Shown here one piece after another: positions 1-9,879 of a stretch of DNA of 64,000 bases. Position numbers and translations under genes: made by a program. The notes beneath the pieces are model-generated. The model was not told the DNA's origin. It saw nothing but the letters and a program-made list of their open reading frames with translations, and made no database searches. This stretch comes from a bacterium. Lineage in GTDB: Bacteria; UBA8248. Each line of letters opens with the position of its first letter. Positions within the stretch are counted from its first letter, which is position 1. The DNA is taken from contig OZ242260.1 of assembly GCA_965207065.1 (NCBI GenBank), forward strand, positions 32,001-96,000, written 5' to 3'.

Positions 1-950
1 TCGTACATTCGACCGTGCGGGTCGGCGGCTTCGCGATATTCTCGCCACTTACTCGCGAGAAACCGAAGTCCGCGCGAATTCGCCCTGTCCATCATCCAGA
101 GCAACGGAACAAGCGATAACGAGTCCTTCGGGTATCCACCCCCAACATTCGCATGTGCGCCAGCAAACCAAACTTGGCAAATGTGAGTGTTTGTCGAATT
201 GGAAGATTGCGATTTCGACTTCCACAAAAGAGGATGAAATGTCTTGCGTTCATCGTCGAGAGCCAACGCCTGATACGCATTGCAAATACAATGATGAGGT
301 ACATTGTTGTTGAAATGCCATAACCGACGCTTGGAGATACCCGCCCAAACACAGCCGATCTTCCTTTTCAATTTATCGAATGGCAATCCCACCGCATCTA
401 CGGTATCCCACACGCCAATAAAGTGTATAGGGATCGAATGGGGTTTCAGGTTACAGAGTCCCAATTCCTTGCGTATGCGACATGTCTTCTCTTGTTGATT
501 TTCGCAAGACTTGTCGCAAAACTTTTTTATTGACCGGTATGCTTTCATGATTTGACGCAAAATTGCTTTCCGCGTTTTGTGTGAATCGGCCCCCAGGAAA
601 ATATCGCGGTCAATCAGGCCGCACCGACCAATTAGTCCCGCAAGCGAACGTACCGTAAACGCCCCACGACTGAAACCGAAAAGGAATACCTTATCGCCTT
701 GATTGTAGTTCATCGCCAAGAAGGCATAAGCTTGAAGGATATTACGCTTTAGCCCCCAGCCGAACGCTCCACCAAGGAGTCTAAGCAGTTTGATACTGTC
801 TGTTCCAACTCCGTCATCATAATATGTTATCTGCTTTGGCGCAGGATCGTGGCGATCGACAGCATTGAAAATTCGCCAAACGTTGGTGCCGTGGATTTTC
901 GATAGGCTATTGCCAGTCCCATCAGAACATATCACGATATTCTTTCGCAC
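1..950 (-). CDS. DUF2235 / Tle1-like alpha/beta-hydrolase (runs off window start; not in ORF track)
   Basis: Read manually: GGAG RBS, GTG start, MRKNIVICSDGTGN...YDDGVGT...FLFGFSRGAFTVRSLAGLI...FIGVWDTV...ALALDDERKTF...QVWFAGAHANVGGGY, the hallmark DUF2235 motifs. Confidence 0.9.
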   Translation of the reverse strand, partial: MRKNIVICSDGTGNSLSKIHGTNVWRIFNAVDRHDPAPKQITYYDDGVGTDSIKLLRLLGGAFGWGLKRNILQAYAFLAMNYNQGDKVFLFGFSRGAFTVRSLAGLIGRCGLIDRDIFLGADSHKTRKAILRQIMKAYRSIKKFCDKSCENQQEKTCRIRKELGLCNLKPHSIPIHFIGVWDTVDAVGLPFDKLKRKIGCVWAGISKRRLWHFNNNVPHHCICNAYQALALDDERKTFHPLLWKSKSQSSNSTNTHICQVWFAGAHANVGGGYPKDSLSLVPLLWMMDRANSRGLRFLASKWREYREAADPHGRMY

Positions 951-1313
951 TGGATTCTCCTTAACAAAACGCGCACCTAGTGCATGACAAGACTTCAATA
1001 CAGGCATGACTTCGCAATTATTGAAGAATCGGTTTTCGGAACTGCTGGTGCTCTGTTGCATACGGTTCAGTTTGCCCAGACAATATTATAGAATATGGGA
1101 GTGTGATGGGCAATCACACGGTGATTCCAGCGATAACCGAATCTTTCGCCTCGGAATCCGCCGCGATGGGCTTGTAGCGATCCGCCGCAGCTTCGGCGTT
1201 GCCCATATCCAGGTGGTTCATAAAGCACTCATTTCGCGAACGGCAGGATAGTCTGCTTAAGAGGCATTGCCACTCCGCTTCACTTCGAACTCGGAAGTTC
1301 GGCCCGAGCGGAG

Positions 1314-1417
1314 CTCAGGGAGTCGACGTGATGGACGAATCCCCCGCGACGCGCCAGCCCTTCTTCCCCGCAAGCGTCCTTGCGCGATCGAGCATCCGGG
1401 TCTTGCCGGCGCCAGCG
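1314..1417 (-). pseudogene. trwC: 3' remnant of TrwC relaxase/helicase (second half of Walker A)
   Basis: Minus strand reads AGAGKTRMLDRARTLAGKKGWRVAG, the natural continuation of ...GVQGYA at 5161; the rest of the helicase domain is missing. Confidence 0.75.
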
Positions 1418-1505
1418 TTAATGCCGAGAAGTGGATAATGCCGAGTGATCTGCTAAATACGGCTTGTTTACAGGGTTTTTCGGCACATTCACTCGGCATT
1501 ATATC
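1418..1505. repeat. RIT left terminal inverted repeat (88 bp)
   Basis: TTAATGCCGAGAAGTGGATAATGCCGAG...CTCGGCATTATATC; exact reverse complement of 5047-5134. Confidence 0.95.
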
Positions 1506-1556
1506 GGCAGGTGACTTCGGGCATTATCGTTCTCTCACTCAAAAAGGAGAACGACA

Positions 1557-3125
1557 ATGCCTGCAATATCCAGCAACCCGTCCCCGGCGAGTGCCACTCT
1601 GGCGGGCTTCACCGATTTGACCCTTGCCTTCGTTGACGATCTCCGCAGTCGCGCCGAGATTTCCGGGACACTGTTTGGCAAGTACCGGCGCATCGCCCTT
1701 CACTTCCTGGTCTGGCTTGAACTCACCCGTATCGAACTCAAGACGGTGGACGGCGCGATCATCGAGCGCTTTCTGCAGCACGATTGTCGTTGCGGCGCAT
1801 CTTGCGCGCCGGTTCGTCTGCGGCGTTGGCGCAAGCGCCGCACATCACCCATGCTCATGGCGTTCATCCGGTTCCTCGAGCAGACGGGGCATGTCGAGAC
1901 ACCCGGTGAGCTGGACGACAATCTGCGGCTGCTGGGCGCGTTCCTCACCGGTTTGCGCGGCAATGGCTACACGGCTGCAACCCTCAGGTTGTACCGGAAA
2001 GGATGCACCGGTCTCATTGTCTGGCTCCATCTCTCACGCATCCGCCTGTGCGATCTGAGCGCGCAGGTCTATGCGCGCTTCGAGAACCGGTCGTTCGTCT
2101 GCTCGATCCCCGGGGTGTTTTGCGGCCACGAGAAGAGGCGACCCGGCACAGCTTACGCAACCGAACTGCGCGGCTTCCTGAAGCACCTCGTCTCGATCGG
2201 GCGGATCGATCCCCTGGAGCCGGTCCCGGTCGAGCAGGCGCCGCCCGTTCGCCTTGAGAGGTACGCCGTGTGGCTTGAACGCCATCGCGGCATCGGCGCG
2301 GGGACAATACGGCGACATGTGCGTTTGATCGGCGAGATGATGCCTGAACTTGGGGACGACCCCTGCGCCTGTGACGCGGCCCTGATCCGCCGGGTGCTGC
2401 TTGAGAAGATGCGCCCGCGGTCGCGGAGCTACGCCCGGACTCTGACAACCGCGATGCGCATGTATCTGCGGTTCCTGACCTGGGAAGGCAGCATCCCGGC
2501 CGCGCTGATCGCGGCCGTGCCGTCAGCGCCTCGTGGGCAGTTGTCGAGCTTGCCACGGTACATCACGTGCGACGATGTCGAACGCGCCATCGCCAGTTGC
2601 GGCGATGACCGGACGGGCGTGCGCGACCGGGCGATCCTGCTGCTTCTGGCACGGCTTGCCCTGCGGGCAGGAGACATCGTGGCCCTGCGCCTCGGCGACA
2701 TCGATTGGGACCGGGCCGAGATCCGTGTCTCGGGGAAGTCACGCCGAGAGGCGGCTCTGCCGTTGCCGCAGGATGCCGGCGATGCGCTCCATGTCTATAT
2801 CGCCACGGTGCGGCCGAGGGTGGATGAGGAGAAGGTGTTCCTCTGCACCCAAGCGCCCTGGCGAGCATTGGCCGACTCAAGCATCGTCAGTTCTCTGGCG
2901 AAACGCGCGCTCGACCGCGCCGGGGTCAAGACCTTTGCCGGCCGCGGTGCGCATGTGTTCCGCCATAGCCAGGCGACGGCGTTGCTCAGATCGGGCGCGA
3001 CGCTCGATGTCATCCAGTCGCTACTGCGCCACAGGTCACCGAACACGACGATGATCTACGCCAAGACCGATGCGGTCATGTTGCAGGAGATCGCTCAGCC
3101 CTGGATGGGGAGGAGCGACCAATGA
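1557..3125 (+). CDS. ritA: RIT tyrosine recombinase A
   Basis: RDRAILLLLARLALRAGDI, HVFRH, LRH...MIY catalytic motifs; AGGAG RBS. Confidence 0.9.
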   Translation: MPAISSNPSPASATLAGFTDLTLAFVDDLRSRAEISGTLFGKYRRIALHFLVWLELTRIELKTVDGAIIERFLQHDCRCGASCAPVRLRRWRKRRTSPMLMAFIRFLEQTGHVETPGELDDNLRLLGAFLTGLRGNGYTAATLRLYRKGCTGLIVWLHLSRIRLCDLSAQVYARFENRSFVCSIPGVFCGHEKRRPGTAYATELRGFLKHLVSIGRIDPLEPVPVEQAPPVRLERYAVWLERHRGIGAGTIRRHVRLIGEMMPELGDDPCACDAALIRRVLLEKMRPRSRSYARTLTTAMRMYLRFLTWEGSIPAALIAAVPSAPRGQLSSLPRYITCDDVERAIASCGDDRTGVRDRAILLLLARLALRAGDIVALRLGDIDWDRAEIRVSGKSRREAALPLPQDAGDALHVYIATVRPRVDEEKVFLCTQAPWRALADSSIVSSLAKRALDRAGVKTFAGRGAHVFRHSQATALLRSGATLDVIQSLLRHRSPNTTMIYAKTDAVMLQEIAQPWMGRSDQ

Positions 3126-4051
3126 GCACAACGATCACCGATCATGTCGCGCGCTTTGTCGCGATCAAGCGGTCGCTCGGTTACCGGTTTACACAGAACG
3201 AACGGATGCTGCGCAGCTTTGCGCGGTTCGCCGAGGCTCGCAACGAGACCCGCATCTGCTCCGGGACCGCTCTTGAGTGGGCCTCGGCATCGAAGGCGGC
3301 ATCAGCGCAAGTGCAAGTCAAAAAGCTCCGTGTGCTCCATGACCTTGCCCTCTGGCTGCACGCGGAGGACGATCGCCACGAGGTGCCGCCTCGTGATGCG
3401 CTGGGGCGTTCGACGCGGCGGAGGCCGAAGCCGTACCTGATATCGGTCCCGGACATCGGCAAACTGCTGACCGCGGCCCTGTCGGTGGGACCCGCCGAAA
3501 CCATCGCCCCGCTGACCTGGCACTGCCTGTTCGGTCTCATTGCAGCGACCGGCCTGCGCATCGGCGAAGCCCTTGCATTGACGCTGGATGACATCACCCC
3601 TGACGGCTTGGTCATCCGGGATACGAAGTTCGGCAAGACGAGGATGGTCGCGCTGCACCCGACCACCTGGGAAGCGCTCGAACTCTACCTTGAGGCACGG
3701 CTCAGGGAGACAACGCCGGACCGGCACCTGTTCGTGATCGCAACCGGCCGAAGTCCAGACAAAAGCCATGTGCGCGGTGTCTTCCGCAAACTCGCCGAAC
3801 AAGCGGGCCTGCGCAGACCTGGCGCGGGGCGGGGGCCGACCCTGCACTCGCTGCGACACTCCTTCGCCGTCCGGTCACTGGAGATGCTGCCTCCCGGCGC
3901 CGGAGCGGGCCGGCACATGCTGGCTCTGGCCACCTATCTCGGCCACGTCCATGTCACCAGTACCTACTGGTATCTGGAGGCGACCCCGGTTCTGCTGCAC
4001 GGCATCGCCGAGGCGGTGGAACAGGCTCACACCAATGGAGGCGCCCGATGA
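3122..4051 (+). CDS. ritB: RIT tyrosine recombinase B
   Basis: TGLRIGEAL, TKFGKTR, HSLRHSFA, LATYLGH...TYWYL; ATGA overlap with ritA. Confidence 0.92.
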   Translation: MSTTITDHVARFVAIKRSLGYRFTQNERMLRSFARFAEARNETRICSGTALEWASASKAASAQVQVKKLRVLHDLALWLHAEDDRHEVPPRDALGRSTRRRPKPYLISVPDIGKLLTAALSVGPAETIAPLTWHCLFGLIAATGLRIGEALALTLDDITPDGLVIRDTKFGKTRMVALHPTTWEALELYLEARLRETTPDRHLFVIATGRSPDKSHVRGVFRKLAEQAGLRRPGAGRGPTLHSLRHSFAVRSLEMLPPGAGAGRHMLALATYLGHVHVTSTYWYLEATPVLLHGIAEAVEQAHTNGGAR

Positions 4052-5040
4052 CCGATCTTGCCCCCCATCTCTCCGCCTTCCTGCGGGAGTACCTTCCCAA
4101 CGTACGGCAATGCAGCCGCCACACCTTGCAGGGCTACACCGAGTGCTTCCGGCTGCTCGTGGCCTACACGGCGCAACGGATCCGGACCCGTCCCTGCAAG
4201 CTCAAGATCGAGCACTTCACGGTGGCGTTGCTGTCGGCCTTCCTCGAGTCCCTGGAGAAGGACCGCAACAACAGTGTGGGCACACGCAATGTCCGCCTTG
4301 CCGCCATCAAGTCGTTCTTCCGTTATCTGGAATACCGTGTGCCGAGCTGCCTCGACCTCGCGTTGCAGGTACGCGCCATACCGCAAAAGACCACCGACAA
4401 GCCGCTGATCGACTGGCTCGATCGGACCGAAATGCAAGCGATCCTGGATGCCCCGGATACTGGAACGATGGCAGGTCTGCGAGACCGGGCGATGCTGCAT
4501 CTGTGCTATGCCGCCGGGTTGAGGGTGTCGGAACTGACAACGCTCACGCTCGACAGCGTGTCCGGCCCCCGACTCGGGACCATCCGCATCCTGGGCAAGG
4601 GACGACGCGAACGGGAACTGCCCATGTGGAAGGAAACGAGGACCGTCCTCAATCAGTGGCTCGACGCCAGGCCGTCGGTCACCAACCGATACATGTTCCT
4701 CAATGCACGGGGACGGGCGATGAGCACGGACGGCTTCGCATACCTGCTCGACAAGCATGTCACCACGGCCGCCAAGACCGTCGCGTCGATCAAGACCAAG
4801 AGAGTGACCCCGCATGTGCTGCGTCATTCCGCGGCCATGGCGATCCTGCATGCCACCGGCGACATCCGAAAGGTCTCCCTGTGGCTCGGTCATGCGCACC
4901 TCAAGACCACCGAGATGTACGTCCGTGCGAGCCCGGCCGAAAAGCTGCGCATCCTGGAGACCCGCACGCCGCCGTCCATTAGACCGGGGACCTTCCCCGG
5001 TGTCAGGGACAGCTTGACGGAACTTCTCGGTGGCAAGTGA
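4048..5040 (+). CDS. ritC: RIT tyrosine recombinase C
   Basis: GLRVSEL, GKGRRER, HVLRHS, WLGH...EMY; ATGA overlap with ritB. Confidence 0.92.
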   Translation: MTDLAPHLSAFLREYLPNVRQCSRHTLQGYTECFRLLVAYTAQRIRTRPCKLKIEHFTVALLSAFLESLEKDRNNSVGTRNVRLAAIKSFFRYLEYRVPSCLDLALQVRAIPQKTTDKPLIDWLDRTEMQAILDAPDTGTMAGLRDRAMLHLCYAAGLRVSELTTLTLDSVSGPRLGTIRILGKGRRERELPMWKETRTVLNQWLDARPSVTNRYMFLNARGRAMSTDGFAYLLDKHVTTAAKTVASIKTKRVTPHVLRHSAAMAILHATGDIRKVSLWLGHAHLKTTEMYVRASPAEKLRILETRTPPSIRPGTFPGVRDSLTELLGGK

Positions 5041-5046
5041 TCTCCA

Positions 5047-5134
5047 GATATAATGCCGAGTGAATGTGCCGAAAAACCCTGTAAACAAGCCGTATTTAGC
5101 AGATCACTCGGCATTATCCACTTCTCGGCATTAA
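5047..5134. repeat. RIT right terminal inverted repeat (88 bp)
   Basis: Reverse complement of 1418-1505. Confidence 0.95.
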
Positions 5135-5139
5135 TGCGG

Positions 5140-6576
5140 TTATGCCGAGCTCGGCATAACGGCATAGCCCTGCACGCCGACGGTCCGGTCCTTCTCCGAG
5201 AGAATGAGTTTCACCGCCCGTTTCTGCCCGTCCGTGAGCGGCCCCTTGCGCAGGTGCCGCTCCACCATCCAGCCGCGCATTGCCGCACCGCCCCGGCCTG
5301 AGCCCGCGCGCATGAGCGCGATCGTCTCGCGCTCCCGGGCCACGGTCAGGTCGGTCGTGAGCCCGTCGCCTCCCTTGAGCGCCGGCGCATCGTGAACGCG
5401 GCCCTCGCGCGCGAGACCCTCGACCACCCGCTCGATGGCTCCGATGGACGCGGAGCCGGGGCCGTAGGCGAGCGCCGCGGCGAGAAGATCCGTCCTCGCG
5501 AACACCGCATCGCGCTCCGAGAGATGGGCGAGCGCCCACTCGACGGCCTCCTTCGCGGGGTCCGTCCGCAAGGGATGATTGATGAGATTCGCCTGCCGAT
5601 CCGCCCCCGCTTCCCGTGTCCTCTCTTTCCCAGGGACGTGCAACGCCCGTTCGGTGGCCGAGGCGACGAGCGCTTTTGCGTCCAAGCCGAGTTCCGACGC
5701 CTGTTTCGTCCATATCCCGAGCAGCGCCTCCCTGTCCACGTCGCGCTTTTGCGCGCGGGTCATCAGGGCCGCCCGCCGGGCGAGGTGCTGGTTCTCCGCC
5801 GTGGCGCCGTGGCCACGGCTTTCCATCGCCGCCTCGATCTCGGCGCGGCGCGAGGAGAACGCCTCGATGGTTTCGCGCGAGACGCCCCCGATCTCGAACC
5901 GCCCGTCGGCGTGGGTCTTCTCGACCCGGTACCCGAGTCTCGCCAGATCACCCGCGAGTTCGCTCCGGTAGAGCGCGCCCAGCAGCATCTTGGAGGCGTA
6001 GAGGCGCTCGTTCGCCATGGTCCTCCACTTGCCCTCCGCGCCGAGCAGCATGTTGGCTAGAACCGAGTGGGTGTGCAGCGCCGGGTCTAGGTTTCTCGAT
6101 ATCTCGTGCCGGAACGTGGCGATCACGGCCTTCTGGCCACCGGCCCGTACCATCCGTCCCGTCTCCGGGTCCTTCATCCTCGTCTCGGCGGCGTTTCGCT
6201 CGAACCAGTCGAGCGCCCGCGTGACGGCGCGCTCGTGGGCGTCGACGACGCACGCATCGCCCCCGATGAGCGCGACCAGGGATACGGACTTGGGTGCGGA
6301 GAAGGTGAGGTCGCGCCCGGGCCGGTGGTGGATCTCTCCCTCCCGGGTCCTGCGGCCGAGACGTTGTCCGGAACCGTCGGGCACATGGCCCTCGAGCACA
6401 GCCCGGAACACGTCCGGGTCGACCGGACCCTCGAGCCCCAGGGTTTCGGCGCCCTTGCCGGCCCAGGCGCTCAGCATCCGGTGCTCGGCCGAGTCTTTAG
6501 CGTAGTAGCCGTCCCGCTCGTAGTAGGCCGCACCCCGCGAAGGGCTCGCCACCGCGCCGATCGAGGCAACCATCAT
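5140..6576 (-). pseudogene. trwC: MOBF (TrwC/TraI) relaxase, nuclease domain intact, helicase truncated by RIT insertion
   Basis: MMVASI start; YYERDGYY tyrosines, RPGRDLTFSAPKSVS, HEISRNLDPALHTH (HUH), FSSRRAEI; ends at GVQGYA of Walker A. Confidence 0.9.
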
Positions 6577-7217
6577 ATCCAGCGGCCGTATTCGCGCTCG
6601 CGAGGCGCGGGCGCGTCTTCGACGCCCGGGGCCGCCTTCCTGCGGTCCGTGGTGGCAGGCTGTTGTTTCTGGGGCCGCGGAGTATCCGGCCCCGGCGGAC
6701 GGTTCGCCGGTGTGCGGACAGGCGCCGTGGCCGCGGGCTTCGGTGAACCTGAGCCCGACCTCGTCCTGCGCGGCTCGTGCGGCGTGCGCCTCTCGCCGAG
6801 TTCGCCCTCCAGCTACCGGGCCAGCATCAGGCACATCAGCGCGGCGGCGAAGCCGCACCAGGCGCCAAGTTCGTCGGATCGCTTCGCCGTGTGGAGGAGA
6901 CGGTCCCGCGCCAGCAGCGCCTCGCCGCTGAACGTGAGATCGCTGCGGGCGATAGTCACTTCCTCCCCCTCCCTCGTCCGGAATTTGACCTGTGTCCTGG
7001 GGTCGAAGTGGAGTGCGAGCAGTGTTTCCGCCCAAAAGAGCTTGCCGCTCGCATGCCAGTCATGGCTCGTCGTGTCGCGAGCGAGACCGACGACGCAGGC
7101 CAGCGCCGACAAGGAAACGACGTAGACGGCCGTCAGGAGTAAGGAGCGGAACCGCGCGCCGGGATCGAGGAGGATCCTCCAGTCGGTGCGATTTCTGTCT
7201 CGTGCGCGGTTTCCCAA
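6573..7217 (-). pseudogene. Probable N-terminal remnant of a TraD-like type IV coupling protein
   Basis: Two hydrophobic segments flanking FDPRTQVKF; in-frame TAG at 6813-6815; the frame ends in an overlap with the relaxase start; no ATPase domain. Confidence 0.45.
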
Positions 7218-7393
7218 AGAGGCGTTCTCCCTATCCTGCGTGTCGCGGGAGCGGCGGCGGGGATTTCCCGCCGGCGCTCCCGTGGTCCTGGATGACGAAT
7301 ATAATACGAAATTATGAGGGTTTCAACCAGATGGAAAACGGAAATTCGACGATTTTACGACAGACACGCGCAGGCGTGCGATCAAGGCCATGC

Positions 7394-8050
7394 GTCTTCC
7401 CCCGGAACCGGATACCGGGGGGGCAGGAACGCCGGATGCGCCGTCGCCTCCCGGCGAAAACAGCTTCATTTGCTTTCTTGGTGGGGTTTACGGGTGAATC
7501 CATCGTCAGGCTTCCCCGCTTCATCCCCACGAAGGCGGGAACATGAATCAGTAATTGCCTGATTTCAAATTCATCGATTCAAAAGGTTCGGCATCGAAAC
7601 CATGGATCAAATGGTGCGATGATATGCTCCCTTGAAATGAGGGATGCGAAAATCCGCCAGGAGGTTTTTGGTGCTCTTGCGACAGGCAGGCGAGGACAAG
7701 AAAAGGCATACGTGGCACCGAAGAACGGTAGCCAGAGCGGAAAACTCCTGCATCTACACCGACCGCATAGCTTGATAGATGTCCACATAAGAAAGGGACC
7801 GCCCTCTCTCAATTTCAGTGGATCCTGGGAGAGAGGGACAGTCCCTTTTTCTCATATACCAAGTACATCCGAGTCGAGTAGAAAGAAGAACAGGGGCTGC
7901 CCGTTGTTCCCGCTCCCGGCTCGAGGACTCAAACTCATAGCAAGGAGCGGTACTGTTTGCTTCATCACGAGGGAAACAACCAACGGGCAACCCCCTTTTT
8001 CGCTCTCCTTTTACCGCATCAGGCCACGGGGCTGACCCCGGGGGCGAAGG
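7394..8050. repeat. Non-coding repeat, copy 1 (about 650 bp shared with 62263-62925; core shared with 25746-26085)
   Basis: Near-identical DNA in three places. Confidence 0.92.
7714..8010 (-). ncRNA. Candidate structured non-coding RNA downstream of lipoprotein B1
   Basis: Stems on minus strand: GGGGUUGCCCGUUG/CAACGGGCAGCCCC closing a multibranch loop, CCGCUCC/GGAGCGG, GGGACUGUCCCUCUCUC/GAGAGAGGGCGGUCCC, CAUCUA/UAGAUG, GGCUACCG/CGGUGCC. Confidence 0.5.
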
Positions 8051-8062
8051 CGTCCTGCGCTC

Positions 8063-9796
8063 TTACCTGTGCGCCCCGAACGCCCCGATGAAGGCGGCCT
8101 CTCTCGCCGGATTGCTTTGCTGGGTAGCGTAAAAGGTTCCCGCTACTGAACCGGGAGCAGCAGGTGCATAAGTCGTCGTGATGGTCGTGGTTATGTTCGG
8201 AGCCGTTCCCGTTCGTTCCGTTTCTATGGACTTTGTGGCTCTTCTCCCAAAGAACTGGCCTTTCCAGCCGCCCCTGAAGGATTTGTCGTCCACGACGCCG
8301 ATTGACGTACCGGCAAAGAAAGGGGTGCTTATGACATTTTCAAGGGGCTGTTTCTGCAGTTCGATGCTGCCCGCCATGGACTGTCCACCGGCGACGATGT
8401 TCGTGACCGCGCCCTGGATGCTGCCGTTATTATCGCTATCAGAACCGCCTGTCGGATTCCGGAACTCGGCCGTGAGCTCGACGCTCGCCGTGAAATAGCT
8501 CGTATCTCCTCCCGCGATGTAGGCGCCGTTCGCATTTCCCCTGTATCTGGCCATCATGTCTTTGCCGTCATCCACAATTGCTTCAATGGTGTTTACTCCA
8601 TCGGTTACCACACAATTTCTGTCAGTCGTAGTCGTTCCAACCGTAGTTGCGTCACTCGCTTCAATGCCCGAGCAGAAAGTGAAAGATGCGGGGATGGGCT
8701 GGCTCCCATACGCGAATGCCGTAATCCTGGAAGCATCGAAATTGGCGCCTACCGTCAGCCAGATTCCGGCGAGCAGATAGTCGGCGTCGGGCACATCTAC
8801 TTCTTCATACCGCTGGTCGCCATCTACATCCGGATCGTCATTCACGACATTTGTTCTTGTTCTTACGTTGAGTCTCGTTTTCGTGATGTCCGTGTAGGCG
8901 TTGACGTAGGTGGCGCCGGTGGCGTTTGTCAGATCGAATCCATGGGGAAGGGGCCCCGTTCCGGTAAGGAGAGTCGTCTTGCTGTCCGATGTAATATCCT
9001 GCACGCTGACCGTACGCTGTCCGGTAACCCTGGCTGTGGCCGGGCCGGTATCCGCAGCGTATGTGGCGCATGGCGCTGTGCAAGATTCGGTATCAGCGAC
9101 ACCACCCACATCACGAGCCGTCGCGCCAACCTCGCCTACGACAATGCTACCCTCAGTGGCAGTGGTACCAGTAGTCAGGGCGGTCACATCCAACACGGCG
9201 TCGGAGAGGAGCTTGTTCGCTCTCACATGTTGAATGAGCGAGGACCCGTTCGTTGCTGCGCGCTCATCCACTTCGCGTTCCATGCGACGGTTCGCGGCCG
9301 CTTGCACAACGCCCTGAATTCTGGATATTGCCGATGCGGATGTGTTGAGAGTGACTTGAGCCTCTCTCGCGTCCGCAAGCGCCGTATTCGCCTCCGCCGG
9401 CGTAGTAGCCAGGGTTGCCGCGGTATTCGCGCTCACGATATCCGCCAGGGCTCCTTGCGCCGTATTGCTTTCGCTGTTGGCGTCCGTGATTTGAGCGGGC
9501 GTGGCGTCGGCATTGGTCCGTATCGCGGCCGCAGCCGAACTCGCCGCCCCCGCTCGTGCCCGGGCATTCGTAAGGATACTTGAAAGTTCCCGTCTCGCGT
9601 CGGCTATCCTGTCAGCATCGGTCTTTGGTGGATCCATGCAGTCCGGGTACGTCCCGATCTGACCCTGCGGGCATTCCATCACCGTCGTCATATCTTCATC
9701 CGCAGTACCGCCGCCACCACCACCGCAACCGGAGGCAAATGCCGCAATGCACACGACAAGTACCGCCAATCCTGAATATCTGAGCATTTTCATCAC
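8063..9796 (-). CDS. Surface lipoprotein B1 with TbpB-like C-terminal beta-barrel
   Basis: Signal peptide + lipobox ASG-C, poly-Gly linker, Ala-rich helical region, DYLLAGIWL, YRGNANGAY, WKGQFFG, C-terminal GSVAGTF...FIGAFGAHR. Confidence 0.8.
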   Translation of the reverse strand: MMKMLRYSGLAVLVVCIAAFASGCGGGGGGTADEDMTTVMECPQGQIGTYPDCMDPPKTDADRIADARRELSSILTNARARAGAASSAAAAIRTNADATPAQITDANSESNTAQGALADIVSANTAATLATTPAEANTALADAREAQVTLNTSASAISRIQGVVQAAANRRMEREVDERAATNGSSLIQHVRANKLLSDAVLDVTALTTGTTATEGSIVVGEVGATARDVGGVADTESCTAPCATYAADTGPATARVTGQRTVSVQDITSDSKTTLLTGTGPLPHGFDLTNATGATYVNAYTDITKTRLNVRTRTNVVNDDPDVDGDQRYEEVDVPDADYLLAGIWLTVGANFDASRITAFAYGSQPIPASFTFCSGIEASDATTVGTTTTDRNCVVTDGVNTIEAIVDDGKDMMARYRGNANGAYIAGGDTSYFTASVELTAEFRNPTGGSDSDNNGSIQGAVTNIVAGGQSMAGSIELQKQPLENVISTPFFAGTSIGVVDDKSFRGGWKGQFFGRRATKSIETERTGTAPNITTTITTTYAPAAPGSVAGTFYATQQSNPAREAAFIGAFGAHR

Positions 9797-9879
9797 TTGC
9801 CCCCTGAGGGTTACGTCCCCTTCCGGGAAAGAAGAGGGCGGGCGGTTGAAACCAGTTTCAATTTATCGGTTGCTTTGAG

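Larger units (their letters stand above)
1418..5134 (+). mobile_element. RIT element (recombinase in trio), complete
   Basis: Three overlapping tyrosine recombinase genes bounded by perfect 88-bp inverted repeats. Confidence 0.93.

Noticed and set aside
6577-7035. N-terminal extension of the relaxase ORF in the track
   Set aside because: MOBF relaxases start just before the catalytic tyrosines; the real start is at about 6576 and the extension overlaps the upstream gene in another frame
7955-7980. Hammerhead ribozyme core in the structured element (GUGAUGA)
   Set aside because: Not CUGANGA and no correctly placed GAAA/stem II
7579-8035. Short ORFs repeated in the three non-coding copies
   Set aside because: Overlapping on both strands, no clear RBS, stops differ between copies; conservation is explained by DNA identity. 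A small peptide cannot be fully excluded
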